NCBI RefSeq assembly: GCF_028368995.1
Contig: NZ_JAQNDL010000001.1
Coordinates: 1,760,001 to 1,824,000, forward strand
DNA: 64,000 nucleotides
Source of the DNA: Nannocystis bainbridge
GTDB lineage: Bacteria > Myxococcota_A > Polyangia > Nannocystales > Nannocystaceae
Direction of reading: 5' to 3'
The translations under genes were made by a program, and so were the position numbers. The notes beneath the pieces are model-generated. The model ran no database searches and was not told the origin of the DNA. It saw only the letters and a list, made by a program, of their open reading frames with translations. Positions 51,457 through 61,321 of this stretch are shown piece after piece; positions within the stretch are counted from its first letter, which is position 1; each line of letters opens with the position of its first letter.

Positions 51457-51585
51457 TCATTGGAACATGCCGAAGTTGCCGAGCACGATCCACAAGAGGA
51501 TGAAGATCAGGACGGTGCCAATGACACCACCGCCGAGCTTCCAAGCCCCAACACCCGCGACTGCACCTCGAAGAAGTTTGCTCAT
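51457..51585 (-). CDS. 42-aa small membrane protein
   Basis: MSKLLRGAVAGVGAWKLGGGVIGTVLIFILLWIVLGNFGMFQ: Gly-rich helix plus one TM helix. Confidence 0.7.
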   Translation of the reverse strand: MSKLLRGAVAGVGAWKLGGGVIGTVLIFILLWIVLGNFGMFQ

Positions 51586-51942
51586 CGTGATACCGGCATG
51601 GTCGGTTTTTGCTCGCGCGCCAGTGCGCGAAGTGCGTCCCGCGGTCGGCTCGATCACGACGGTCGCCGGGGGCTGCTCCGCGTCGTCGCATCGACGGCGC
51701 CGACCGACCCTCGCCGCGCATCGCGGAACGCCGATCTTCGGCCGCTCCCCTGTTCGTTGTTCTGTCGAGGTCGTTGGATGCGACGGGCCCGAAGGCCGGG
51801 CTTGACGCTTCGCCTGCGGCCCGGGGTCAGGTTGGTGGGGGTGCGACAGGAGCGCACTCCCGCGGAGGCGACAGCGCATGCGCCGAGCGACACTGCGGTC
51901 GGCCCGCCGCCTTGTTCGCGCGGGTCAACGGCTCGCGCCGCT

Positions 51943-52548
51943 TCAGTCCGCCGGGTGGTAGACGATCTCGTCCCACACGAGCTCGCCCGTGGCGGCGTCG
52001 ATCGTGCCGCCGTGGGCCAGCTGCTGCATGTCGAACGCCTCGATGACGCCATCGACGCACGTATAGGTGCCCTGCAGGCCGTAGTCCGAGAGCTGGTGAT
52101 CGAACGTGTCGGCCGTGAACTTCAGCTTCCACGGGCACATCTCGAGCCCGTTGGGCCCCTTGCCGCACTCGAGCTCCTCGTCGCTGAGGAACAGCTTGCC
52201 GACCAGGAACGAGCAATCGTCCACCGGCGCGCCCGTCGAGCTCGAGGAGCCCTCGGTGGTATCGACGGGGCCGGTGCTGGTGCTCTCCGTCGGGTCGGTG
52301 GTGCCGGGGGCCTCGGTGGTGGTGCTGGTGGTGGTGCTGGTGCTGGTCGGCTCGCTCGTGCCGGTCGTGCTGGTCGTCTCGCTCGTGCCGGTGGGGCTGG
52401 TCGAGTCCGTCGAGTCCGTCGACGCGCTCGAGTCCGTCGACGCGCTCGAGTCCGTCGCCTCGGTGGTCGTCGTCGAGTCGGTGCCCTGCACCTGCGGGGA
52501 GCAGGCCAGATGGGCGCAAATCAAGGCAAAGCAAGGCAAGAAACGCAT
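51943..52548 (-). CDS. Small lipoprotein with a Ser/Thr-rich stalk
   Basis: Lipobox HLAC; STDSSA repeats; C-terminal domain with 4 Cys. Confidence 0.82.
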   Translation of the reverse strand: MRFLPCFALICAHLACSPQVQGTDSTTTTEATDSSASTDSSASTDSTDSTSPTGTSETTSTTGTSEPTSTSTTTSTTTEAPGTTDPTESTSTGPVDTTEGSSSSTGAPVDDCSFLVGKLFLSDEELECGKGPNGLEMCPWKLKFTADTFDHQLSDYGLQGTYTCVDGVIEAFDMQQLAHGGTIDAATGELVWDEIVYHPAD

Positions 52549-52937
52549 ACGCGGAGCCTACGAGAGGCCGCGGGTGGCGTCGAGCGCGTGGTGCCCGCGA
52601 GCGGCGAACCGGCTGGCTCGCCGCTGGTCGTGCGGGGCGAAAACGCCAGGGTCCGCCGTCGCCGCCCGATCGAGGCCGCATCACGACGACGCCGCCGGGC
52701 TGGCGCGAAGGACAGCCCGCGCGTCTCGCCTTGAGGTCGCGCCGGTGCCAGCGTACCGTGCTCTCGGGCCGCCGCGAACAGGGCCCGCAACATGGTCGAC
52801 GGGAGAAGCCGAGGACGAGCTGCCGGGCCGGCGTGGGCACGCCGGGCGCGGAGCATGAGCGTGCGGCTCCGGCCCCGCGCGCCCGGCTCCGTCGCGCTCG
52901 CTCGCCTCGCAGGCGCGACCGGCCACGGGAGGACTGC

Positions 52938-54056
52938 ATGAAGACATTCGGCAAACAGGCAGCAGGCCAGCGGCTCGAGCGGATGCGGGCGTCGCCGCGC
53001 TGGGATGGTCACGCCTTCAAAAATCTGCACCCGGTGCTGCCCGATCTGAAGACTGGCGGCATGCCGGGCATCGGCGAGTTGCTGTGCGGCCCGCGGCGCT
53101 TCCCCGGGGCCCCGCTCCCGTCCGTCGATCCACGCGCCGCCTGGTCGCGGCGGCCGGACACGGGCCTGCGCGCCACCTGGCTCGGTCACTCGACGGTCTT
53201 GCTCGAGATCGGCGGCGTCCGGATCTTGACCGACCCGGTGTGGGGCGAGCGCGCCTCGCCGCTCGGCTTCGCCGGCCCGAAGCGGTTCCAGCCGATCCCC
53301 GTGCCGCTCGCCGCGCTCGCCGACGTCGACCTCGTGCTCATCACCCACGATCATTACGATCACCTCGACTATTCGACGATTCAGGGCCTCGTGCGCGCCG
53401 CGGTGCCGTTCGTCACCAGCCTCGGCGTCGGCGCCCACCTCGAGGCCTGGGGCATCCCCGCTGCGCGGATCACCGAGCTCGATTGGTGGGAGAGCGCGCG
53501 TGTGCCCGGCAGCGACGTCGTCGTCACCGCCACCCCCTCGCAGCATTTCTCCGGTCGCAGCCTCGGCGCGCGCAACACCACCTTGTGGTCCGGCTTCGCC
53601 GTGCGCAGCGATCGCCACGCCCTGTTCTTCAGCGGCGACACTGGCCTGACCACCGAATACAGCGACATCCGCGAGCGCCTCGGCCCCTTCGACCTCGTCA
53701 TGCTCGAGGTCGGCGCCTTTCACCCTGGCTGGGGCGACATCCACCTCGGCCCCGAGCGCGCCCTCGCGGCCCATGAGCTGCTCGGCGGCGGCCTGTTCTT
53801 GCCGGTCCACTGGGGCACCTTCAGCCTCGCCACCCACGCCTGGGACGACCCCGCGGAGCAGCTCGTGGCCCGCGCCCCCCGGCTTGGCGTCCACCTGGCG
53901 ATGCCTCGCCTCGGCGAGCCCTTCGAGCCGGCCCGCGTCGGCGACGTCGAGCCGTGGTGGCGAGCCAGCGCCGCTGGCGAACGCAGCGAGGCCCCCGCGG
54001 ACGCGCCCGAAGTCTCCGCCGAGGACGCCGCCGCGCTGCCCTGGCCCCTCGATTGA
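52938..54056 (+). CDS. MBL-fold metallo-hydrolase (NAPE-PLD/RomA-like)
   Basis: WLGHST, LTDPVW, THDHYDHLD, PSQHFSGR, FSGDTG, PVHWGTF. Confidence 0.93.
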   Translation: MKTFGKQAAGQRLERMRASPRWDGHAFKNLHPVLPDLKTGGMPGIGELLCGPRRFPGAPLPSVDPRAAWSRRPDTGLRATWLGHSTVLLEIGGVRILTDPVWGERASPLGFAGPKRFQPIPVPLAALADVDLVLITHDHYDHLDYSTIQGLVRAAVPFVTSLGVGAHLEAWGIPAARITELDWWESARVPGSDVVVTATPSQHFSGRSLGARNTTLWSGFAVRSDRHALFFSGDTGLTTEYSDIRERLGPFDLVMLEVGAFHPGWGDIHLGPERALAAHELLGGGLFLPVHWGTFSLATHAWDDPAEQLVARAPRLGVHLAMPRLGEPFEPARVGDVEPWWRASAAGERSEAPADAPEVSAEDAAALPWPLD

Positions 54057-54098
54057 GGGCCAAGACCACGACGCGACGGCGCCGGCGATGGCTCATCC

Positions 54099-55568
54099 TC
54101 AGCCCGGCGGCGGCGGCGGCGGCGGCTTGTCGAAGCAGACGCCGATCTCGAGGATCATGTAGAGCAGCACCAACTCCTGCGGGTTCAGCCCCGGGTGATT
54201 GTCGCTCGAGTTCTCGAAGGTGCTGTACATCATCCGGCCGCAGCCGTACTGCCCGGTGATCGCCATCGGCCGGATCATCTGCGGGTTCGAGCAGCTCCCG
54301 CACGGGCCCTCGACCCACGTGTGGTGGCCGACGTCGATGTCCTTGCCCTCCATGTCCTGGACGATGACCGGCGAGATCGTATCGATGCCCGAGTAGTTGA
54401 GCCGCGTCAGGATGCCGGGCAGGTTGTTCAGCGTCGGGTTGCCGCCACCGATGTCCTTGAGCGCCGGCGGCAGCGCCTGCAACCAGGCCAGCATCTCCGG
54501 GTCGACCACCAGGCCGTTGGAGTCGTAGGCCGGCTGGATGTCCGGCATCGCCGGCGCGTGGAACTCCTGGTAATCGGGGAACGGCGCCTCGATGTACTCG
54601 TTCGAGTGGTCGGTCGCGTACCACTTGCCGCCCGCGGCCACGTAGGCCTTCACGTTCTCGCGGCGCGAGTCCGGCACGTTCGGCGCGCCGACCCAGAACT
54701 TCGTCGTCGCGCAGGGCACGAAGATGATGTGGTACTTGTTCATCTCCGTCAGGTTCTCGAGGAACGTCGGCGAGTCGTCGTTCACGAGCGTGAAGCTCTC
54801 GGTCCCCGGGATCAGCGCGCCGGTCCCGTCGACCTGGCCCATGCCGAACTTGGCCAGCACGTTCTTCACCTTGTCCGGATCGGTGTCGTAGACCGCGATG
54901 CGCGGGATCCACATCCCCGCGTCCGGATTCCACTGCCCGGGCAGGTGGGTCTGCTCGACGGGCAGCGCCGTCTCGCCGGGCGCGACCGCCAGATCGATCA
55001 CGCGCAGGAACTGCCCCTTCTGCATCACCAGCTTCTGGTTCGGCCCCGAGACCGCGGGCAGCGAGAAGCTCCCGTCGGGCCCCGTGAAGGTGTTCGGCGT
55101 GTCGCAGGCGAGCTTGACGCACTCGGAGCAGAACACGCCGTCGACCGGCGGCTCCACGGGCCCGTCGGTGACGTAGACCAGCGCCCCGGAGATCGGGAGC
55201 TGCAGGTTCGGCGCGTAGACGGTGCCCGTGAGGTTGGCGTCGGGCGTGAAGCTGCAGCCGTCGGTGTCGATGCCGCCGAGGTCGCCGCCGCCGATGTCGA
55301 ACTTGGGCCCGCCGGGCCCGCCCGTGGTGACCGCTTCGGTGGTGGTGGTGAGCGTGTCCTCGCCGGGGCCGGTCGAGGTCGTCGAGGTGCTCGTCGGGGC
55401 CCCCGTCGAGGTGCCGGTCGAGGTGCCGTCCGACAGCGTGCCCGGCAGCGTGGTCAGGGTCCCCGGGGAGCTCGCCTGCGTCGCGGTCTGCCCGGCGCCG
55501 TCGTCGGAGCAGCCCGAAGCGAGCGCCGAGACCAGCGAGAGCGCCCACCAGGACGTGGCAGCGAACAT
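54099..55568 (-). CDS. Lipoprotein with a carboxypeptidase-regulatory-like domain and an alpha/beta domain
   Basis: Lipobox ASGC; Thr stalk; GTVYAPN..LPISGALVYV, QKGQF, GRMMYSTF, LNPQELVLLYMILE. Start at 55568 or 55595. Confidence 0.82.
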   Translation of the reverse strand: MFAATSWWALSLVSALASGCSDDGAGQTATQASSPGTLTTLPGTLSDGTSTGTSTGAPTSTSTTSTGPGEDTLTTTTEAVTTGGPGGPKFDIGGGDLGGIDTDGCSFTPDANLTGTVYAPNLQLPISGALVYVTDGPVEPPVDGVFCSECVKLACDTPNTFTGPDGSFSLPAVSGPNQKLVMQKGQFLRVIDLAVAPGETALPVEQTHLPGQWNPDAGMWIPRIAVYDTDPDKVKNVLAKFGMGQVDGTGALIPGTESFTLVNDDSPTFLENLTEMNKYHIIFVPCATTKFWVGAPNVPDSRRENVKAYVAAGGKWYATDHSNEYIEAPFPDYQEFHAPAMPDIQPAYDSNGLVVDPEMLAWLQALPPALKDIGGGNPTLNNLPGILTRLNYSGIDTISPVIVQDMEGKDIDVGHHTWVEGPCGSCSNPQMIRPMAITGQYGCGRMMYSTFENSSDNHPGLNPQELVLLYMILEIGVCFDKPPPPPPPG

Positions 55569-55987
55569 GCGAGGCCGATCGTCGAATCGATGCACCGCAG
55601 CACCTTACACCGGGCTGCGCTTCAGAGTCCAGGGCCCCAACCGCGACGACCTCGCCAGGGCCCGGGGCCGCGGCACCGGGCCCGCGGAGAGAGGTCACGC
55701 TTGCCCGTGCAAGCACGACGCAGATTGCGGCGACCAGGACTCCTCATGGCCTGACCTTTCGGACATGTGACTTCACCGTCAGGCCGCACGCGGGCGCCTC
55801 GCGGCGAGCCGCCGCCCGGGGCCCGATCCAGCATGACCTCGGGGACAGGTTCGGAGCCGCGGTCCCGCGGCACCCGTATCCCGGCAGCTCTCATGGAAGG
55901 CGGCCCGACGAGACGGTCACCGCCACGGGCGGCGCGAGCGCCGGCCCTCGAGGCCAGGTCCCGAGAGCCACGCGCAGCGCCCCGGTC

Positions 55988-56608
55988 TCACTGGGGCGCG
56001 CCCGCGGCGATCCAGTCGTAGATCCGCCGGGCATCGGCGTCTCCCAGACCCGGTGAACCCAGCGGCATCTTCGCCCCGCACATCTCCCCATCATCGAGGG
56101 CGGAAGGTCGGACCCGCAGCCACAGCACGCTCTCCTCCGGCGCGCCAGGGACCACCCGCACGCTCATGCCGCACGACGCCTGCGACGCCGCCGCCCCGAC
56201 CAGGTTGGTGTACGCAGTGGCCTCGTCGAGCAGCTCCGGGTCGTGGGCCATGCCGCCGTGACAATAGTTGGAGAGGCACCCCTGCGCCGCGAAGATCGTC
56301 GCGTGGATCTCGCTGAAGGTCGGCGCCGCCACGCCGGTCTCGCTGGTCTCACTCGCCGTCGTCGAGGACGACGCTTCGGTCGTCCCGCCGTCGCCGCTCG
56401 AATCGCCGGTCGGCGCCCCGGTCTCGCTGGCGTCCTGGCTCGAACCACTGCCGGGCTGCCCGCTGGAGTCGCCGCTGGAGGAGCCCGGCTCCGTCGATCC
56501 GTCGCTCGTCGTCACGGACGGCTCCGGGCCGCCGCAAGCGACGAGCACGGTGAAGGCCAGCGCGCCGGCCCGGCAATGGGCAGAGATCGACAAATGACGG
56601 TAGTGCAT
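55988..56608 (-). CDS. Lipoprotein with an atypical heme-c-like CX4CH motif
   Basis: Lipobox LVAC; PTFSEIH...GCLSNYCHGG...VVPGAPEES...KMP...WIAAGA. Confidence 0.75.
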   Translation of the reverse strand: MHYRHLSISAHCRAGALAFTVLVACGGPEPSVTTSDGSTEPGSSSGDSSGQPGSGSSQDASETGAPTGDSSGDGGTTEASSSTTASETSETGVAAPTFSEIHATIFAAQGCLSNYCHGGMAHDPELLDEATAYTNLVGAAASQASCGMSVRVVPGAPEESVLWLRVRPSALDDGEMCGAKMPLGSPGLGDADARRIYDWIAAGAPQ

Positions 56609-56689
56609 GGAAGGTGCTCTCACGATCATCGTAGGGGCCGCGCCGGGCGCCGACAATTCGTAAGTTCTTCACACCGCTGTATGGCCGGG

Positions 56690-58975
56690 CTATTCGCCGC
56701 CGACGAGCGCGAGCACGTGGACGCGCCCGCTCTGCTCGCCGACCAGCGCCCCCGCGCCGTCGGGCCGCACCGCCCCGGAGCCGATCTTCGCGTCGCCGAC
56801 GAACCGCGCCAGCAGGCGCCCAGACTCGAGCTCGACCAGCCGCGCGCTGCCGTCGGCGACGATCGACGCCCGCCGCCCGTCCAGCGTCACGCTGAGCGCC
56901 AGCAAGGAGGGCTCGCTGTCGCCGTCGTCGAGCGCGACCGACAGCTCGCGCACGAGCTCCCCGCGGACCACGTCGAACTCGCGCAGCGCCACCCGACCGT
57001 CCTCGACGCACCCCGCCAGCACCCGCTCGTCCGTCGTCTTCACCACCTGCATCTCCCCCTGCTGCGTCGCCGTCAGCACGTGGAGCGGCCGCGCCTCCGG
57101 CAGCGCCAGCACCTGCACGACGCCGCCGTCCACCGCCACCGCCAGCCGCCCCGCGTCCGCCAGCAGCAGCCGGTCGAAGCTCGAAGTCCCGCTCGCCTGG
57201 TGCTCCGCCAGCTTGATCCGCCGCTCGAAGTCCCACACCTGCAGCGACCCGGCCCTGTTCATCCCGAATGTGGTCACCACCACCAGCCGCTCGTCGGGCG
57301 TCAGCTCGAGGCCGGTGACCTGCATCGACGACCCGGCGAACAGCTCCGGCGCCCCGCCGCGCTGCACGTCCCAGATCGCCAGCTCGCGGTTGACCGCGCC
57401 GGTCAGCACGCGCGCCCCGTCGCGCAGCGGCACCAGATGCTTGAACCAGTACTCCTCCTCCATCGCCGTCACCCGCTCGCCGCTCGCGACGTCCCACGAC
57501 CACAGGTGCCCGCGCGACGAAGTCACCACCATGCGCGACCCATCGGGCGTGAAGCACACCGCCGACAGCAGCGCCACGTCGTGGTGGAACGCCCGCACGT
57601 GCGCCCCCGTCGCGACGTCCCACAGGTGCACGATCCCGTCGCTCGAGTGCGTCGCGCAGCGCCACCCGCCCGGCGCCGGCGTCACCTCCGGGCTCCACCC
57701 GCTGTGCCGGGGGAACTCCGGGGCCTGCAGCGCCGCCTCGACGTCCCACACCCGCAGCGAATGATCGCTGCCGCCCGACACCAGCGTGCGCGCGTCGGGC
57801 GAGAACCCGACCGCCGTCACCGATCCCTCGTGCCCGTACAGCGTCGCCCGCGGCGTCCCGTCGGGCGCGAGCAGCCGCACCGTCGACGACGCCGTCGCCA
57901 CCAGCTCCGGCGCCACCGCGACGTCCTCGATCGGCCACACGTGCTCTCCGCCGCGAGCTACCTGCCCCCCCGTCGATGGGTCCCAGCGCACCAGCTCGTC
58001 CTCGGCGCTGTAAAGCCCGCCGTCCGGCCCCTCCCACATGCGATTGGGGAAGTGCTTGTGCCCGACCCCGCTGTCGTTGTTGCGCGACAGCGTCAACCCC
58101 ATCACCTCGCCGCGGTACCCGGAAGACCCGTCGAACAGCGTCGCCACCCGCTCGCCCGTCGTCACGTCCCACACCGCCAGCAAGTTGTCGGTCGACGCCG
58201 CCGCCACCCGCGTCCCGTCCCCCAGCAACGCCAGCGCCGTGATCGCCTTGCGGTGCCCCTCGATCACCCGCACCTGCGCCCCGCTCGCGAGGTCCCACAC
58301 GCGGATCGTCCCATCGTTCGAGCCCGACACCACCTGCCCCGCCGCGTTCGCCAGGGCCCGCCGCACGTACCGCGTGTGCCCGCGCAGCCGGGTGATCAGC
58401 AGCCAGTCGGCCGTGTTCCACACCCCGATCGTGCCATCGTCCGACGCCGTCAGCAGCCGGTCGCCGGCCGGCGTCAGCGCCATCGCGTTGACCGTCGCCT
58501 GATGCCCGAGCAGCTCGCCGAGCAGCTCTCCGGTCGGCAGGTCCCAGCACAGCACGCGCCCGTCCTCGCCGCTCGAGAGCAGCGTGCGACCGTCCGCCGC
58601 CACCAACACCGCGCGCACCTCCTCGGTGTGCCCGATCAGCGTCGCCCGCAGCGGGCTGCGCGGCGGCTCCAGGCTCGCCGCCAGCGGCTTCAACCATGCC
58701 CCCGCGCGCCCCGTGAAGAACTCAGGCGGCAAAGCGCCGCCGAGCCGCCCCGCCAGGTGCGCCGCGAGCTGCCCCGAATCACGCCTCAGCGCGTCCGCCG
58801 AGCGCTCGATCGCATCGGCCAGCAGCGCCTCGCCGACGGCTCGCAGCTCGTTTGCCAGCCCGACCGCCCCGAGCTCGCCGAGCCGCCGCTCGAGCGCCGC
58901 GAGGGTGAGCGGCGCGCCGCGCCCCGCGTCGGTGGAATTGCCTGGTGCGCGCGACCCGTCGGACCCCTGGACCAT
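56690..58975 (-). CDS. WD40-repeat protein (about two propellers)
   Basis: Many GH...SGSxDGTxRVWD repeats; short N-terminal helical segment. Confidence 0.93.
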   Translation of the reverse strand: MVQGSDGSRAPGNSTDAGRGAPLTLAALERRLGELGAVGLANELRAVGEALLADAIERSADALRRDSGQLAAHLAGRLGGALPPEFFTGRAGAWLKPLAASLEPPRSPLRATLIGHTEEVRAVLVAADGRTLLSSGEDGRVLCWDLPTGELLGELLGHQATVNAMALTPAGDRLLTASDDGTIGVWNTADWLLITRLRGHTRYVRRALANAAGQVVSGSNDGTIRVWDLASGAQVRVIEGHRKAITALALLGDGTRVAAASTDNLLAVWDVTTGERVATLFDGSSGYRGEVMGLTLSRNNDSGVGHKHFPNRMWEGPDGGLYSAEDELVRWDPSTGGQVARGGEHVWPIEDVAVAPELVATASSTVRLLAPDGTPRATLYGHEGSVTAVGFSPDARTLVSGGSDHSLRVWDVEAALQAPEFPRHSGWSPEVTPAPGGWRCATHSSDGIVHLWDVATGAHVRAFHHDVALLSAVCFTPDGSRMVVTSSRGHLWSWDVASGERVTAMEEEYWFKHLVPLRDGARVLTGAVNRELAIWDVQRGGAPELFAGSSMQVTGLELTPDERLVVVTTFGMNRAGSLQVWDFERRIKLAEHQASGTSSFDRLLLADAGRLAVAVDGGVVQVLALPEARPLHVLTATQQGEMQVVKTTDERVLAGCVEDGRVALREFDVVRGELVRELSVALDDGDSEPSLLALSVTLDGRRASIVADGSARLVELESGRLLARFVGDAKIGSGAVRPDGAGALVGEQSGRVHVLALVGGE

Positions 58976-59144
58976 CCCACGCTTATCGCGAGCCTTCGCC
59001 GCGCTCGCCACTCAATTGCGACCCTCGGCGATTACGGGACCCGCCCCGGCCCCGGCGAAACACACACGACCCGCCACGGTGCGACAGACTCTGGGCGCAC
59101 CGGACAGCGAAGCAACACAGGTTCGAATGTTCACGGCGATCCTC

Positions 59145-59390
59145 CTATTTACAGTCGATTACACACGACCAGAACGACAGCGTATTCGGATAGCAGCCGC
59201 ACGCGGGCGGGCTCGGAGGCTCGTCGCAGTAATGCCACCAGGGCTCGACCTTGCGCCCGCGCTCCCCGTGGCCGTGTCCCGGCAGCTCCCGCACCCGTGA
59301 TCGGCGGGGGCATCGTCGTTGCTGCCGTTGCTGCACACGCCGAGGCCCGGGTCGGCCTCGCCGACGGGCGGCGCCTGCCCGATACCTATG
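59145..59390 (-). pseudogene. Possible frameshifted Cys-rich peptide gene
   Basis: PVGEADPGLGVCSNGSNDDAPADHGCGSC in one frame continues as PGHGHGERGRKVEPWWHYCDEPPSPPACGCYPNTLSFWSCVIDCK* after a 1-nt shift near 59281. Confidence 0.35.
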
Positions 59391-59619
59391 CTGAGCGAGT
59401 TGCGCAGGCGGAAGACCTCGCTCCGACCCCACGGCTCAGCTCGCCGCGCTCGCGCCCCGGCCCCGACACGCGCAGCACGTCGATCGCCGCTCCACGCGGC
59501 CGCAGCGGCGCCCGTGAGGCAGGCGCGACTTCGGCCCACGCGAGTCATCACGAAGGATGCGCCCGATCGACGCCACGAAGCAGCGCGCTGCGATCATTCG
59601 ATACACACCGAGCTCGCCG

Positions 59620-60435
59620 ATGCCACGCGCCCTCTCGATCGTGCGGACCTCCGTCGCTGGCCGCTCCACCCGTTACCGGCAGATCGAGCCCACCGCCGGC
59701 GACCGCCCGCTCCTGCTGGTTCACGGCCTCGCCTGCTCCAGCGACGCCTTCTTGCCGACGCTCGAGCACCTCGCCGAAGCTCCGCGCGGCGGCCTCGTGC
59801 TCGCGGCCGACATGCCCGGTTATGGCGAGTCCGAGGGCCCGCGGCAGGCCCTGGGCATGGCCTCCCTGGGCGAGTGGCAGGCTCGCTTCCTCGACGCCGT
59901 CGCGGTCGAGCGCGCCCACGTCGTCGCCAACTCGATGGGCTGTCAGGTCGCGCTCGCCCTGGCCCGGCAATTCCCGGAGCGCGTGGCCTCGCTGACGCTG
60001 ATCGGGCCGACGACCGGCGACCAGTTGGAGTCGCCGCTGCGCTACGCGCTCGGGCTCGTCGCGGACTCCGTGTTCGAATCGGCGGCCTACAACCTCACGC
60101 TGATGCGAATGACGGCCCAGATGGGCGCGCGCCGGTACCTGGCGAGCGCGCGCGAGATGCTGCGCGATCACCCGATCGCGCTCGCGCAATCGGTGCAATG
60201 CCCCGTGCTGGTGCTCCGCGGTCGACGCGACTGGATCATCCCCGACCGGGTGGCCATGCGCCTGGCCGAAGCCTTGCCCCGGGGGCAGTTCTCGCACGTG
60301 TCACGGGTCGCGCACGCGATCCAGTTCGATCGGCCGGTCGAGCTGTGCGAGCGGCTGTCGGCCTTCATCGCCGAGGTCGAGGCTTCGAGCGCGGACCCGG
60401 AGCTCGAGGAGACCGGCAAGACCGGCCACGGCTGA
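59620..60435 (+). CDS. Alpha/beta-fold hydrolase
   Basis: LLVHGL, DMPGYGES, ANSMG nucleophile elbow, GRRD, AH. Start at 59557 or 59620. Confidence 0.9.
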   Translation: MPRALSIVRTSVAGRSTRYRQIEPTAGDRPLLLVHGLACSSDAFLPTLEHLAEAPRGGLVLAADMPGYGESEGPRQALGMASLGEWQARFLDAVAVERAHVVANSMGCQVALALARQFPERVASLTLIGPTTGDQLESPLRYALGLVADSVFESAAYNLTLMRMTAQMGARRYLASAREMLRDHPIALAQSVQCPVLVLRGRRDWIIPDRVAMRLAEALPRGQFSHVSRVAHAIQFDRPVELCERLSAFIAEVEASSADPELEETGKTGHG

Positions 60436-60699
60436 AACGGCGCCGCGAACGAGGCCGTCACGAGCGTGGACGCGCGTCATGCGCGAGCGTGCGGCGCGGA
60501 GGCTGGCTCGCCGTGACGGTCCTGCTCATTCGGCGAAGCGAAGCTCCCATGAACGACGGGGCCCGGTCCGATTCGCGGCGGATCCACCGCCGCGGCGATG
60601 AGGCTCGCGCCTGCGATGCGCAGGAGGGTCACGACGCGCGCCGCTGTCGCTGGCTCGCCGCGGCTTGACGTCCGCTGCCGCCGGCGGGACAGCTACGGC

Positions 60700-61302
60700 A
60701 TGAAGGACGCACCCTTGCTCGACCTCGTGCTCGCCCGCCGCAGCGCCCCCGTCTTGAACGACCCGGGCCCGACCCATGCCGAGCTCGCGCGCATCCTCGC
60801 GGCCGCGGGCACGGTGCCCGACCACGGCTCGCTGCGCCCCTACCGATTCGTGGTGGTCGAGGGCGAAGGGCGGGCGGCCTTCGGCGACGCGCTGGCCCAG
60901 ACCGCGGCCGAGCGCCGGCCCGACATGCCGGCCACGGGCCTCGAGAAGATCCGCGCCAAGGCCTTCCGCTCGCCGACCCTGATCGCCCTGATCGCCTCGC
61001 CGCGCAACGACAAGATCGAGCGCTGGGAGCAGCACGCCACCGCCGCCTGCGCCGGTTATGCGGTGGTCCTCGCCGCCCACGCGCTCGGCATCGGCGCCAA
61101 CTGGAAGAGCGTGCCGTTCACCCGCGGCGCCGCGCTGACCCGCGTGCTCGGCCTCGAGGCGGGCGAGGACATGTTCGGGTGGATCCACCTCGGCCGCGCC
61201 AGCGACGACACGGCCCCGGCCCCGCGCGCGCCGCTGGTGCTCGCCGATGTCGCCACCGTGCTCGACGGCAGCGGCGCGCGGCGGGCCTTCGACGCCTCGT
61301 GA
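60700..61302 (+). CDS. Nitroreductase (YdjA-like)
   Basis: RRS, VPDHGSLRPYRF, AHALGIGANW, GWIHLG. Confidence 0.9.
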   Translation: MKDAPLLDLVLARRSAPVLNDPGPTHAELARILAAAGTVPDHGSLRPYRFVVVEGEGRAAFGDALAQTAAERRPDMPATGLEKIRAKAFRSPTLIALIASPRNDKIERWEQHATAACAGYAVVLAAHALGIGANWKSVPFTRGAALTRVLGLEAGEDMFGWIHLGRASDDTAPAPRAPLVLADVATVLDGSGARRAFDAS

Positions 61303-61321
61303 TCGGCGCGCGTCGTCGGGC

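Noticed and set aside
51129-51503. 124-aa + strand ORF
   Set aside because: Weak codon bias, no RBS and no recognisable motif; at most a fragment.
59110-59140. tRNA T-loop-like GGTTCGAAT
   Set aside because: No T-stem, acceptor stem or cloverleaf around it.
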